The notes: generated by a model from the sequence alone, not told the origin. DNA of 64,000 nucleotides from Octopus vulgaris (GCA_951406725.2 OX597833.1:19778001-19842000), one strand, 5' to 3'; shown: positions 50,909 to 63,740, numbered from the stretch's first letter. Made by a program: numbers and translations.

Positions 50909-52595
50909 TAAGACAATAATGAACTTGAAGGCCTATTGCGCACCGTGAAAGCATTCAGCAATGACATCGGGATGGAGTTTGGACTTGAGAAGTGTGCCAA
51001 GGCCACTTTCCAGAAAGGGAAAGTGAAGACCACAAATTCAGTCGTGTTAGATGTTGACACAGTCATAAGAGAGCTTGAGCAAGAACAAACATACAAATAT
51101 TTAGGGATAAATGAAGGCTCTGGTATTCAGCATGCAAGCATGAAAGAGAAGATCAGGAAGGAATGTTATAGGAGAGTTTGTGCAGTCCTGAAATCTGAAC
51201 TAAATGCACGTAACAAGGTGTTAGCTATAAATTCCTTAGCAGTTCCAGTTGTTAGTTATAGCTACAATGTGTTGAACTGGAATATGAGTGAAGTAAAGAA
51301 TATAGATAGGAAAATACGCAAGCTGCTGAGTTGTAATAGGATGCACCACCCAAAGGCAGACGTAGATCGCCTTTACCTTCCCAGAGCCCAAGGAGGTCGA
51401 GGCCTGATCCAATTTGAACTAGCTTACAAAACAACCACAATTGGACTGGCCAAATATCTCGAAATATCGAATGACTGGATGCTAAAGCTCGTGGAAAATC
51501 ACGAGAGACGAAAGAAGCTTCATTCTATCATAAAGGAAAGCAAAAAAATTTGCAGGATACCCAAACTGAACAACCCGAGGGAAGTACGGCAACTATTGTT
51601 GCAAAGAAGGTGAAAATGATGGCAATGAAAAAAGCGCACGAGCAATTGGCTGATAGGTGGGAGGAGAAACCTCTGCACTGCAAATATGTGACCCGCAGCA
51701 AACAAGCTGATGTTGACCAGAAGCAAACCCATCAGTGGCTATGGAGCTCAGGGCTAAAAGCAGAGAGCGAAGGTTTCATCCTGGCTGCTCAAGATCAAAG
51801 CCTATTAACCCGGAACTACCAGGCCAATGTGATGAAAAATGGAGCAGACCCAAAATGCCGATTCTGCAACGACATGATTGAAACAGTGGGCCACCTAATC
51901 TCTGGATGTAAAGTCTTAGCACCAGTGGAGTATAAATTAAGACATGACAGAGTTGGCCAATATCTCCACTGGCTAATAAGTCGGCATTACAATATCAAAA
52001 CTGCCGACAAGTGGTATAATCACCACCCTGAGGCTCTAACTGAAGGAGAAAATGTAACCATTCTGTGGGACTTTCCAGTACATACAGACCGAACCATCAA
52101 GGCCAATAAACCAGATATTGTTGTGAAAGACCAAAACAATAAAGTTTGCTTATTGATCGACATGAGCATCCCCTGTGATCATAATATCTCAGCGAAAGAG
52201 TTTGACAAGCTCAGAAAATATAAAGACCTACTCATTGAAATTGAGAAAATGTGGCATCTCAAGGCGGTTACAATACCAGTGATCGTAGGAGCACTAGGAA
52301 TGATCAAGAAGGGAACCGAAAATTATATGAGAATGATCCCTGGCTTACCATCCCTGCAAGAAGTGCAAAAGATTGTCTTAACTGGTACATCACACGTATT
52401 GAGAAGAGCATTGTCGATGTGAGAACTGTTGCTGCTCATGTATTTTAATTTAACTTAAAAAAAAAAAAAAAATGAACGAACTATTGAGTTTGGTTTAATG
52501 GCCTACCAATGTATACTATGAGTTTCTTTGCCCTAGGAGTCGGGAAGACACTCGGCAAGAAATGGAAGCAAATTTGAAAGAAGAGAAAAAAAAAA

Positions 52596-52597
<2 letters not shown>
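50909..52597 (+). mobile_element. 5'-truncated R4/Dong-like non-LTR retrotransposon in (TAA)n
   Basis: RT end (GMEFGLEKC, YKYLG, RLYLPRAQGGRGL), CCHC (CRFC..HLISGC), RHD, restriction-like endonuclease (KPDIVV..LIDMSIP..KYKDL); frameshift near 51545; (TAA)n on both sides. Confidence 0.92.
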
Positions 52598-52654
<57 letters not shown>

Positions 52655-52752
52655 AAGAAGAAGAAGAAGAAGAAGAAGAAGAAGAAGAAGAAGAAGAAGA
52701 AGAAGAAGAAGAAGAAGAAGAAGAAGAAGAAGAAGAAGAAGAAGAAGAAGAA
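52598..52752. repeat. (TAA)n followed by (GAA)n
   Basis: Directly visible. Confidence 0.95.
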
Positions 52753-53094
52753 ATGTGGCATCTCAAGGCGACTACAGTACCGGTGATTGTAGGATCTCTA
52801 GGAATGATAAAAAAGGTACTGAAACCTATTTGAAAATGATTCCAGGCTTACCATCCCTACAGGAAGTGCAAAAAATCGTATTAACTGGAACGGCTCATGT
52901 ACTGAGAAGAGCACTATTGCTGTGAAAATAACATCCATCCATGAATTTATTTATTTATTAATTTTTAAATACATATTCTATCTGTGAATTTGCGCTTGTA
53001 ATCTGGGAATGCATACAATGCCCTTCTCTGCCCTAGGTGTATGGAAAACACTTGGTGAGAAACGGAAGAAAATTTGAAGAAAGAAGGAAAAAAC
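52753..53094 (+). mobile_element. Second, short R4/Dong-like 3' end followed by (TAA)n
   Basis: atgtggcatctcaaggcg..ttaactgg..gagaagagca homologous to 52249-52420, with a diverged 3' UTR. Confidence 0.88.
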
Positions 53095-53810
53095 ATAATA
53101 ATAATAATAATAATAATAACAACGATAACAATTATTATTATTATTATTAGAATGGTACAAAAAGACATTAGTACAAATATAGGAGAAAGAAACACACTGA
53201 GGGGGTCTGTATGTATGCACAAATCTACACCACAAACAATGAGTTAAGAAGAAAATTTTAGCAATGAATAATTACCCCAAAAGATGAGAGAATTCCAAGG
53301 TCTGCTTGTGGAAACACTGCATAACCATGGTCACCCTGACTACTGGGACAAGTGCCCTCTCCTCCTTTCCCTCTTCCACCCTCATTCTACTGGGGCATGC
53401 TCAGAGCAGGCCCACTCACTTGAACTATCCTTGCCACTCTCATCCACCTCTCAACAAATTTGCTGGAAGACAGCATCTCTCTCTTCACTCTCATTTTCAT
53501 TTTCAAGTGAAACTTTAGAGTTGATGAGGGCTTGGCCAAAGAGGAAGGTGTTTGTCTTCAGCCCTTTCAGTATGGTCCACCATACAACTTTTTCCAAAAA
53601 GGCCATCAGACATATAAATCTGTCCTTTACAAAGAAAGAATATAGGATTATCTTCACAGTAGAATCAGCAAATACCCACACTCATTGTCCATGCAAAAGC
53701 AAGTGTTTGACACAATTTCACAAGCTTGCTAATAGCAATTGTCTATGATATGAGGATATCAATATTTTTCCTACATAATAAATAGTAGTATTTCAGGTGA
53801 ATCAACTTAC

Positions 53811-53889
53811 TATGAGAACTTCAAGGCTTTTGTTTCTTTTTAAAGCTCTAGCAAGATGAACTGTTGTTTTTGGTGTCAAGTTGTTATTG
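53811..53889 (-). CDS. LRRC74-like exon (LRR)
   Basis: ttctgctttcAG; (A)NNNLTPKTTVHLARALKRNKSLEVLI; GTAAGT donor; phase 2 to 0, completes the previous codon. Confidence 0.88.
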
Positions 53890-54312
53890 CTGAAAGCAGA
53901 ATGAAGAGATGATCAGATCAAAACAACAGAAACCATTTCCATAGAGTGGGTGGAAGTAAACTTTATTTATCGCCCTCCTACTCCATGGGTGACAGTAAAC
54001 AGCTTTGGTATAAAACGGACACAAGCAACCTTTTCTACATGAGGCAGGTATTATCTGTGAATCAAAGGAGTCCACAGGCAAAAAATAGCTGAGAACCACT
54101 GGGCACTGGGCGAATATAACTTCACAACAGTATTATTGCAGGTGTTGCCATCAAAACGCAGAGGAGAATCACAAGTCTTCTTATCTAGTACCCTATCAAT
54201 TCTACCAATGCACTATTCTGATTTGGTACTTGGTTTGTTAAGCTGATCTGAGAAGCTTGAGGGCTAAGTGGGATTTGAACTCAGAGCAGAGGGCCAAAAC
54301 AAATATTGCAAG

Positions 54313-55247
54313 TGTGGCCATGTGGTAAGAAGCTTGCTTCCTAATCATATGGTTCCAGGTTCAGTCCTACTGCGTGGCACCTAAGGCAAGTGTCTTCTAC
54401 TATAGTCTCAGGCTGACCAAAGCTTTGAGAGTGAATCTAGATGATGGAAACTGAAACAAGCCCTTTGTATGTGTGTGCGTGTGTGTGTGCACATGCGTGT
54501 GCACGTGTGTGTGTGTGTTTTTTTGTCCCCCACCACTGCTTGGCAACTGGTGTTGGTATGTCAACATTCCCATAACTTAGCAGTTTGGCGAAAGAGACTG
54601 ATAGAATAAGTACCAGGCTGAAAAAAAAATAATAAGTACTGGGGTTGATTCATCTATATATATAAAACTGTGGTTGTGTGAGTGTCTGTCCCCTTCGATT
54701 TAGATTCCTAACTACTCCCACATTTTGCGGTGCAGTTTAACCAAATTCGGGTATCTTATAGTCGTAATTCATATCGAGCCCATCTGAGTATTAGCACGCG
54801 TCTACGATGAGTCTATGATTTTAAAAATAATTTAACATCATTTTTTATTCCATTTTAATGCATAATTTTTCGTGTGTCGATGGCGGTGGAGTTGGTGTCC
54901 ATGGTCACACCTGCACCTGTTTGCTTCTCCCCCTTCTTCCCTCCCTCGTGAAGCTGTGGGGAAGGGAGAGTAAGGAAATCAACGTCGTAAAGCGTTGTCA
55001 AGGAGACCAGCATTCTTTTAGAACAACGACTTCATGGCTTGAAGACACCAAAACAGAAATGGCTAAGAAAGCCCAAATTGGCATCTAGAAGGGAAGTAAC
55101 TCTCTAAAAATGCTTATATAGTTATTTCCCTTACAAACCCGAGCAACGCCGGGCGATACTGCTAGTTTGACTATAAACTTCTTCAGCACAGTGTCCCAGC
55201 ATGGCCACAATCTAATGATTGAAACAATAAAAGGTAAAAGATAAAAG
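54313..55247 (+). mobile_element. SINE family A split by a Helitron
   Basis: Host sequence gattca|tttgacta is restored on removing 54653-55165. Confidence 0.78.
54653..55165 (+). mobile_element. Non-autonomous Helitron
   Basis: 5' TC, subterminal hairpin cccgagcaacgccggg, 3' CTAG, inserted between A and T with no TSD. Confidence 0.87.
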
Positions 55248-55474
55248 AAGTCAGTCATCTGACTCTCTTACAAATCTGTCGGTTCACTTCTTAACACCTT
55301 CATGCATGCACACACACACACACACATGCAAACACATGTACACCATCTATTTCCAGTGATTTTTTTTTTTCAAAAACTTTTTCCAATTTCTATGTTTTTG
55401 ATATAGGGGAATATGATTTTGCCAAAAAATCACGCTTCCAAAGTTTTAATTTCTCCCACCCCCACCCCAATTTT

Positions 55475-55692
55475 TACTCTTTTAACTCTTTTACTTGTTT
55501 CAGTTATGTGACTGTGGCCATGCTGGAGCACCGCCTTTAGTCGAGCAGATTGACCCCGGGACTTATTCTTTGTAAGCCTAGTACTTATCCTATCGGTCTC
55601 TTTTGCCGAACCGCTAAGTTACAGGGACGTAAACACACCAGCATCGGTTGTCAAGCGATGTTGAGGGGACAAACACAGACAAACATATACAC

Positions 55693-55733
<41 letters not shown>

Positions 55734-55974
55734 AATACATATCCAACCCATGCTTCGTCCAGCCCATGCTAGCATGGAAAGTGGACGTTAATCGATGATG
55801 ATGATGGTGATGATATGACGAGCTTCTTTCAGTTTTCGTCTACCAAATCCATTCACAAGGCTTTGGTCGGCCAGAGGCTATAAGTAGAAGACAACTGCCC
55901 AAGGTGCCACGCAGTGTGACTGAACCCAGAATCATGTGGTTCATTAGCAAGCTACTTACCACACAGCCACTCCT
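55475..55974 (-). mobile_element. SINE family A with an RTE 3' tip (55741-55815) in its TA tract
   Basis: Colinear SINE; insert catgctagcatggaaagtggacgttaa(tga)n. Confidence 0.82.
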
Positions 55975-56209
55975 ATTTTCTTAACATTTAACTTTTTTTC
56001 GATTCTAACTTTTTTTGTACTCAAGCAGTGAAAGTGTGCACATCATAGTTTAATATCAAATTTTACTCCCCTAAGATAGATGATCGGGAAGTGCATGTTC
56101 AACATGTGATGTTGTGAGAGTTTAAGAATGGATAAAGCATCACAGAAACAACCGAGAACATATGCAGTGTTTATGGCCAAGGTGTCATTACTGACCAACA
56201 AATGTGAAA

Positions 56210-56660
56210 TTGGTGACCATGTGCTTAAGAAGCTTGTTTTGTAACCATATGGTTTTGGGTTCAGCCCCACAGCAGAGTTTTTCACTATAGACCCAGGCCA
56301 TCCAAAGCCCTGTAAGTGAATTTGGTAGACAGAAACTGTGTGGAAGCCCATTGTGTCTATATATAGATGTGTGTGTGTGCATGTGCAAATGTGTGTTTGT
56401 TTGTTCCTCCCGCGACCACTTGACAACCAGTGTTTGATTGTTTATGTCTCTGTAACTTAGCAGCAACTTAGAGACTAATAGAATAAGTACCATACTTAAA
56501 AAAGTAAATAGATATTAGACGTAGAAGTGGCTGTGTGGTAAGTACCTTGGTTACGAACCACATGGTTCCAGGTTCAGTCCCACGTGTCTTCTACTATAAC
56601 CTTGGGCTGACCAAAGCCTTGTGAGTAGATTTGTTAGACGAAAACTGAAAGAAGCCCATC

Positions 56661-56712
<52 letters not shown>

Positions 56713-57806
56713 ATGTTTGTGTATCTGTGTTTGTCCCCCCAACATCGCTTGACAATCGATGCTGGTGTGTTTACATTCCCATAACTTAGCGGTTTGGCAA
56801 AGAGACCGATAGATTAAGTATTAGGCTTACAAAGAATAAGTCCTGGGGTCAATTTGCTCGACTAAAGGTAGTGCTCCAGCATGACCACAGTCAAATGACT
56901 GAAACAAGTAAAAGCTAACAGTAAATGATAATACGCTTTGTACATGAAATAGAAAATAATAAATTCTATTCACAAAATAAATAAACAAATAAAAAGAATA
57001 AAACTTTTTTTTAAGAATCTAGATATAGGCACAGATGCGACTGTGTGGTAAGGAGCTTGCTTACCAACCATATGGTTCCGGGTTCATTCCCAAACCTTGT
57101 GGGTGGATTTGATAGATGGAAATTGAAAAAAGCTTGTTGTATGTGTATGTGTGTGTGTGTGTATGTGTGTGTGTGTGTATGTGTGTGTGTTATTGTGTCT
57201 GTTTGTCTCCCCACCTCCATGTGACAGCTGGTGTTGGTTTGTTTATGTCCCTGTAACCTAGCAGTTCAGCAAACAGAGGCTGTTAGAATAGTACCAGGCT
57301 TAAAAAATATAAGTACTGGGGTTGACTCATTCAACTAAGAGTTCTTCAAAGTGGTGCTCCTGCATGGCCACAGTCTTCTGACTGAAATAGATAAAAGATT
57401 CAACTCTTTTACTCTTTTACTTGTTTCAGTCATTTGACTGTGGCCATGCCGGAGCACCACCTTTAGTCGAGTAAATCAACCTTAGGACTTATTTTTTGTA
57501 AGCCTAGTACTTATTCTATCGGTCTCTTTTGCCGAACCGCTAAGTTACGGGGATGTAAGCACACCACCATCAGTTGTCAAGCGATGTTGGGAGAACAAAC
57601 AAAGACACACAAACATACACACACATATACATATATATACATATATACGACGGGCTTCTTTCAGTTTTCGTCTACCAAATCCACTCACAAGGCTTTGGTC
57701 GGCCGGAGGCTATAGTAGAAGACACTTGCCCAAGGTGCCATGTAGTGGGAATGAACCCGGAACCATGTGGTTGGTAAGCAAGCTACTTACCACACTCCTG
57801 CACCTG
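56210..57806. mobile_element. Cluster of four SINE family A copies (56210-56500 +, 56518-56913 +, 57028-57398 +, 57404-57806 -)
   Basis: Repeated head, core and tail motifs. Confidence 0.82.
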
Positions 57807-57894
57807 TGATTAAATGCAACTGTTTCATTAAATGAGAATTGGAATATTTCACCAAAAGAGTTTATCAAATAAGCTGGAAAAAGGAATCACTTAC

Positions 57895-58010
57895 GCCAAG
57901 TTGATAGCTTTAAGGCAGTTGTTATAAGCTAGAGCTAAAGCAAGATTCTTTAATCCACGTTCGCCTAGGCCATTCCAGCTAACATCTAAAACTTTGAGAC
58001 TGACATTTCT
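57895..58010 (-). CDS. LRRC74-like exon (LRR)
   Basis: ctttgtcaacAG; RNVSLKVLDVSWNGLGERGLKNLALALAYNNCLKAINL(A); GTAAGT donor; phase 0 to 2. Confidence 0.9.
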
Positions 58011-58857
58011 CTGTTGACAAAGTAAAAAAAAAAAAGAGAAAAAAAGAGAAAATAAAAAATTAGACTACGTAGCATCAATCAAAAATGATTACTATATTTG
58101 ATGACATAAAAGACACATCCCAATTTCAGAGACAGAGAGCGTAAGAGAGATGGTGGTGGAGATACCCTCAAGGTACAGTAGGGGAGATTGTAGGTGAAGT
58201 AATACAGAGAATTGGACTGGGTGAAGGGACAGAGGGGAAATTTTCATTAGAATGTGAGGGGAAGTGTTTAGATGGGAAAGAGGTCCTCAGTATCATCATT
58301 TACCATCCATTTTCCATGCTGCCCTTCCTAATGCCAACCACTTTACATAGTGTATCAGGTGCTTTTATGCAGCACTGGCATGGGTGCTTTTTATGTGGCA
58401 CCAGCACCCACAAGCCCACAAGATGCCGTTCAAGAATTTGGGCCTGGAGATCTCCATTTCCAGTGACTTCAAGGGCCACCTCCCAGTGGTGTCGGATGTC
58501 AACAAAGAACCTTCAAGACGACCAAAATTTTTCTTTTCAAAGGTCTGGGTTCTCCCGCTCCTAAGCCCTAGACCATCACCTAATCACCTTTACCTGTCTT
58601 GTTGCTTAACAACAACAACAACAACAGCCCACAAGATTAGGAACGCTCAGCTGGGTAGGGATTCAGGGGATATACCTGTATGCAAGGAGCACCACAATTT
58701 TACTTAGCTTGATGTGTCTTCTCAAGCACAGCCATGTGTCTCAGTCCCCTGTCATCCCCTCTGTGAGGCCTAGAAAGGGAGGACAGGGAACTGCAAACTG
58801 CCAGGGGGTTTTAGTAATTGAAGGATGCTGATCCAAATACATTAATCCTTCTCCTTC

Positions 58858-59095
58858 TCGAGCCATGCCAGGCTCATAAGGGCCGGCTTCCCGGTTTCAG
58901 TGGCGTAGAAATTCCCCACCTGGACGGGACACCGGTCCGTCGCAGGATTACTCATTTTTGCCACCTGAGTGGACTGGAGCAAGGTGAAATGGAGTATTTT
59001 TCTCAAGAACACAACGCATTGCCCAGTCCAGGAATCGAAACCACAACCTTACGATTATGAGTCCAACACCCTAACCACTAAGCCACATGCCTCCA
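58858..59095 (-). mobile_element. tRNA-derived SINE (family C-like head)
   Basis: Homologous to 35857-36100. Confidence 0.75.
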
Positions 59096-59411
59096 CAAAT
59101 ACGTTAATGCATAATAATGTACAATATTGGTTTCAAATTGGCACAAAACGAGCAATTTCAGGGTAGAGAGTAAATCAATTACATCAACTGCAGTACTCAA
59201 CTAGTACTTGTTGTATCCAAAAGGATGAAAGAAAAAGTCAACCTCCCACAGAATTTCTCAGATAGAAAGAGGTGAGTCAATAATGTCATCATCATCATCA
59301 TCATCATCATTTAATGTCCGTTTTCCATGCTGGCATGGGTTAGACAGTTTGACTGGAGCTGGTGGGCTGGAGAGTTGCATCCGGTTCCAGTTGTCTGTTT
59401 TAGCTTGGATT

Positions 59412-59868
59412 CTTATTTCTTTACTATCCACAAGGGGCTAAACATAGAGAGGGACAAACAAGGACAGACAAACGGATTAAGTCGATTACATCGACCCCAG
59501 TGCATAACCTGTACTTAATTTATCAACTCCGAAAGGATGAAAGGCAAAGTCGACCTTGGCGGAATTTGAACTCAGGACGTAACGGCAGATGAAATACGGC
59601 TACGCATTTCGCCCGGCGTGCTAACGTTTCTTATTTCTTTATTGCTCATAAGGGGCTAAACATAGAGGGGACAAACAAGGACAGACAAACGGATTAAGTC
59701 AATTACATCGACCCCAGTGCATAACTAGTACTTAATTTATTGACCCCGAAAGGATGAAAGGCAGAAGAAGAAGACCTCAGCGGCATTTGAACTCAGAATG
59801 TAACGGCAGACGAAATACTGCTAAGCATTTTGCCCGGCATGCTAACGTTTCTACCAGCTTGCCGCCTT
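59412..59868 (-). mobile_element. Tandem dimer of SINE family B nested in an RTE-type 3' end (59285-60330)
   Basis: Two consecutive copies starting ttatttcttta..aaggggctaaacatagag. Confidence 0.82.
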
Positions 59869-60386
59869 ATGTTTTGGCTTGGTTTCTATAGCTGGATGCC
59901 CTTCCTTAATGCCAGTCACTCTACCGGGTGCTTTTTAATTGTCACCAACATGTATGCCTTTATGTGTCACCAGCATAGGTGACTTCAGTGCGTGACCAAC
60001 ATGGGTGCCACTGCCATGCCACCAGCACATGTGCTTTTACATGTCACTGGCACAAGTGCCTTTTACATAATACTGTTACTAGGGTTGCTAAGTAACTTGC
60101 AGGACAAAGACCTCTTGGGTGAGAGGGCGAGTGGAACCAAGGAGAGTGGCTGTGTGCCAGACAAAAGGTTTGGAGTGTGTGTGTGGAAGGGTGTCTCCCC
60201 ACTTCCACTTGACAGCTGGTGTTGGTTTGTTTATGTCCCTGTAACCTAGCAGTTCAGCAAACAGAGGCTGTTAGAACAGTACTGGGCTTAAAAAATTTAA
60301 GTACTGGGGTTACCTATAAAGGACAGAGATAGTTATCTTAGTATAGAGAAGATACTTGGCTACCCCAATAGGACAGTCAAAGTGAA

Positions 60387-60423
<37 letters not shown>

Positions 60424-61855
60424 TAGTTGGTGTGAAGATTTATCAGGGGTCTACCCTCAGGGAACAGTGGAGGAGGGGTAAAAGTAGTGAAGAGGGGATT
60501 GAGAAAGAAGTTCCATGAGTGTGTGATGGGATACGTTTAACGATGGGGATGACATGACTGCAGCAGCAGGTGATGAAGGAAATTGGAGAGGCTGGGAATG
60601 CAGGTAAGAAAGATACGTGAATGCATAGAGAATATGCAGATAGACATATGAAAGAGTGGAAGGGCCTTGAGCAAGAGAGGCCCCTGTTTCTTCATTAGTT
60701 CTGTCTGAAATAGTTATTCTGAGAGATGCTATACCTGGGATGTGAGGAGTTTCTGGGGTGAGAGAGATTTTTGTTCCAGTTGAGCTAGCTTTTGTATAAC
60801 TTTGAGGGTATTTTGTCTAGTAGAGAAGGGAGCCTTGAAATATCCCACCCTGTCTCTATGATGAGTATCTAGGTTGTTATTCAATGGTGCTCTGTGAGAG
60901 GTTACTCTTAGTTTCAAATGAGTATTTGAGTTTTTTTTTTGGGGGGGGGGGGGTCCAGTAGTGACTTTGCTCTGGTTGTGTGGGATTTGTGATTTTCTAA
61001 ATTTTTTTCAAGAAAGGATTATCTGATTGATGTTCTTCATTAAACTTTTCCTCATAGTGATTAAACCAATCATGTTTTTTTTTCCCCATCTTTGAAGAGA
61101 AATCACTCCCTCATTTTCACAACTTTGCTTCTAAAGTAGAATAGTGTTATCAAAAAGTTCTCTTTTGGCTTTCTATGCAATTTCTACCTCCATCTCTTCA
61201 TCAACTATATTTTTTTCTTTGTGAGACTGAACTCCAAGTCTAAGGAGTTTTAGCTCCATTTTGAAGTTATCCAAGTTTCCTTGTTTTCTCTGTTTTCTTG
61301 GTTCGTTTGAGATGGCTTTAATTTTCAGCTTTCTGGGGAGAATATAGGGAGTTGAGTTGAGCCATCTCTTGCATATCTCTACTTTGTTGCTGTTTTTGAT
61401 AATGTCCCAGAAAGTGAATTTATGATTTTTTCAATATTTGGCCCAGACTTGGAGCAAAGCTTTCTTGATATGGGAAGGCTGGTGAAAGTTAATGTTGTCT
61501 TTTTCTATTTCGGAACTTATGTACTACAACAGAAACTGATGAAAAACATGCATTATGATAGAAAATGTAAAAAAACACTTTTCTTTCTCACCATCTTTTT
61601 CTCTTGCTCTTTAAAAAATTTTTTTCTTAATAAAAACTCTATATTACTGAACTTTAAATCATGTATGTTTGTTATTATCTAATCAAACATTTAAACATAT
61701 ATTACTATCTCAGAACCGCTATGCCATATGCCTGGGTATATATTTAGTTCTTTTCCTCATTGTTAAAATTAGCAAATGCAAAATGATACTTTGATCCTAT
61801 AGGCTGCAGAGTTTAACTTTGATAAGATAATCTAACAGTTCCAAATTACACCAAC

Positions 61856-61942
61856 CTTCAGACCTTTAGCCAATGCAAGACCGCCTTTATCACAGATAAG
61901 ACACCACCGCAGATCAAGTGTAATTAATGTTTCATTATTTGT
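61856..61942 (-). CDS. LRR + EF-hand protein (LRRC74A/B-like), first exon within window
   Basis: tatttcAG acceptor; TNNETLITLDLRWCLICDKGGLALAKGLK (RI-type LRR); GTTGGT donor; phase 0 into the next exon. Confidence 0.82.
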
Positions 61943-62508
61943 CTGAAATACATAAGTATAAAATATATATATATATATATATATGAGTTATATAACAAAG
62001 TAATGAAGATGGAAATCTTCTTGATAATGTGAAAACAAGAAAAATTTAGTGACTTTTGTATAATTCAGGCACAAAGGTCCATCATCAAAAGTGAACAGAG
62101 TGAAGAAGAAGAGGACAAAGAAGAAGAAGAAGAACAACAACAACAACAATAACAACAAAAGGAAGAAAGAAAGAAGGCAAAGAAGGGGAAGGAGAATAAG
62201 AGAAAAAGTGAATGAGATAAAGAAAAATAAGTATATAAATAAAAAATTAAATAAAAAGTAAAATAATAAGATTAATAGTAATGGAGAACAGTGGGGAAAA
62301 TTTATGTAGATGTGGCAAGGTCACCTATTCAGTTCTATATATACACACAGACTTATAGGTCTCTTGACTTTTATAGCTTTGCATGTTTTCAACTACTTAT
62401 TTATCTATCTTATTTATTAGATTTTTATTTAAAAATTTATTTTTTCTTGCTTCCGTTTACTTTCTTCTTTCCTTTTGTTATTGTATTGCTTCTTCTTCTT
62501 CACACATG

Positions 62509-62542
<34 letters not shown>

Positions 62543-62546
<4 letters not shown>

Positions 62547-62832
62547 ACCGACCAGGCTATCAGATGTTACTACACATCGCTGGTCACAATGCGCTTCGCA
62601 TTGTTTTTTTTTTTTAGCCTTCAAATGACGCCACCCTACTGGCTAAGCGAGCAGGCCAACAGAAAAAAGAGTGAGAGAAAGTTGTGGCGAAAGAGTACAG
62701 CAGGGATCGCCACCACCCACTGCCAGAGCCTCGTGGAGCTTTAGGTGTTTTCGCTCAATAAACACTCACAACGCCCGGTCTGGGAATCAAAACTGCGAGT
62801 CCGCTGCCCTAACCACTGGGCCATTGCACCTC
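62543..62832 (-). mobile_element. SINE family D
   Basis: Head homologous to 8286-8470. Confidence 0.78.
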
Positions 62833-62874
<42 letters not shown>

Positions 62875-62875
<1 letters not shown>

Positions 62876-63238
62876 TAGCACTATGACCCGGCGTTGCCAG
62901 GTCATACTGCTAGTGCATGCATATACAGCTGCATGCATGCACACATACACGCGAGTACTGTCCAAATTTCCAACCAATCACATACAGCTAGCTGGCACTC
63001 AACTAGCATATCAAGTTTCGGGCATTTTGATTGGGTTTTGGATGGAAAATTCACAAAAACGTCACTTCTATTGATTTTTTAATGGCTTTGCAGAGTGACT
63101 TGGGAAATATAATGATGTGCATGACCACCCTTGGATGGTTTTGAATGACCATAGAAAGTGCGAACCCTCTAACTGAAAAATCGTGGATTTGTATAAAGGA
63201 CACGCACGCAGATATTTTGACGTTTATATATATAGAGA
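62875..63238 (-). mobile_element. Non-autonomous Helitron
   Basis: Minus strand TCtctatatatataaa ... gacctggcaacgccgggtc hairpin ... CTAG. Confidence 0.82.
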
Positions 63239-63244
63239 TGTATA

Positions 63245-63436
63245 TATTGGGAGAATTTACAAAAAAACAAAAGGCAAAGACAGGTGGTGTAGACATCAAA
63301 CAGATGTATTAGTATAACGCTTGGGAAGTAAAAAAGTCTTTAATGTTTTGATGCTCTTCCACAGAAACAAACACAGAAAGAAACAAGGAGAGAAAATAAG
63401 GAATGAGTAGTAACTAGTGATCTATCATGGCGAATG
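63245..63436 (-). mobile_element. Degenerate Penelope-like terminal fragment
   Basis: Distant similarity to 37578-37773, with a decayed hammerhead (gtttCTGTGGAAgagc..AAAACattaaa). Confidence 0.45.
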
Positions 63437-63445
63437 ATATATATA

Positions 63446-63740
63446 TCTATATATATAAAACTGAGAATGTGTGTCTGTCTGTCTGTGTGTTTCCCTAAAA
63501 CGCGAGAACTACACAGCCAATTTCGTTTAAATTTTACACATGCCTTACTTAGGGTCCAGGGAGTGTCATCAGCAAAAAAATTTTAACTTTTTCCCTAGGG
63601 CAACCCCATAGCAATATCATATCTTCTCCACTATTTCAGTATTATGTGTTAAAAGTGAAACAAAAACATCTCTCTATTGTAAAGCAGACACTTTCATTTT
63701 AATACTGAAACTATTAAACTGAAAGTATTATATAACAGGG
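63446..63740 (+). mobile_element. Helitron-like 5' end
   Basis: TCtatatatataaaactg..gtgtgtctgtc as at 54653; 3' end not identified. Confidence 0.5.

Noticed and set aside
52516-52786. Poly-K/F/S ORFs
   Set aside because: (GAA)n and (TAA)n repeats.
53451-53681. ORF with LRR-like LKGLKTNT
   Set aside because: No suitable donor and no LRR continuation; the gene model is complete in frame without it.
60640-61450. Possible decayed retroelement ORF on the minus strand
   Set aside because: Composition is suggestive, but no diagnostic motif could be read; needs a translated HMM search.
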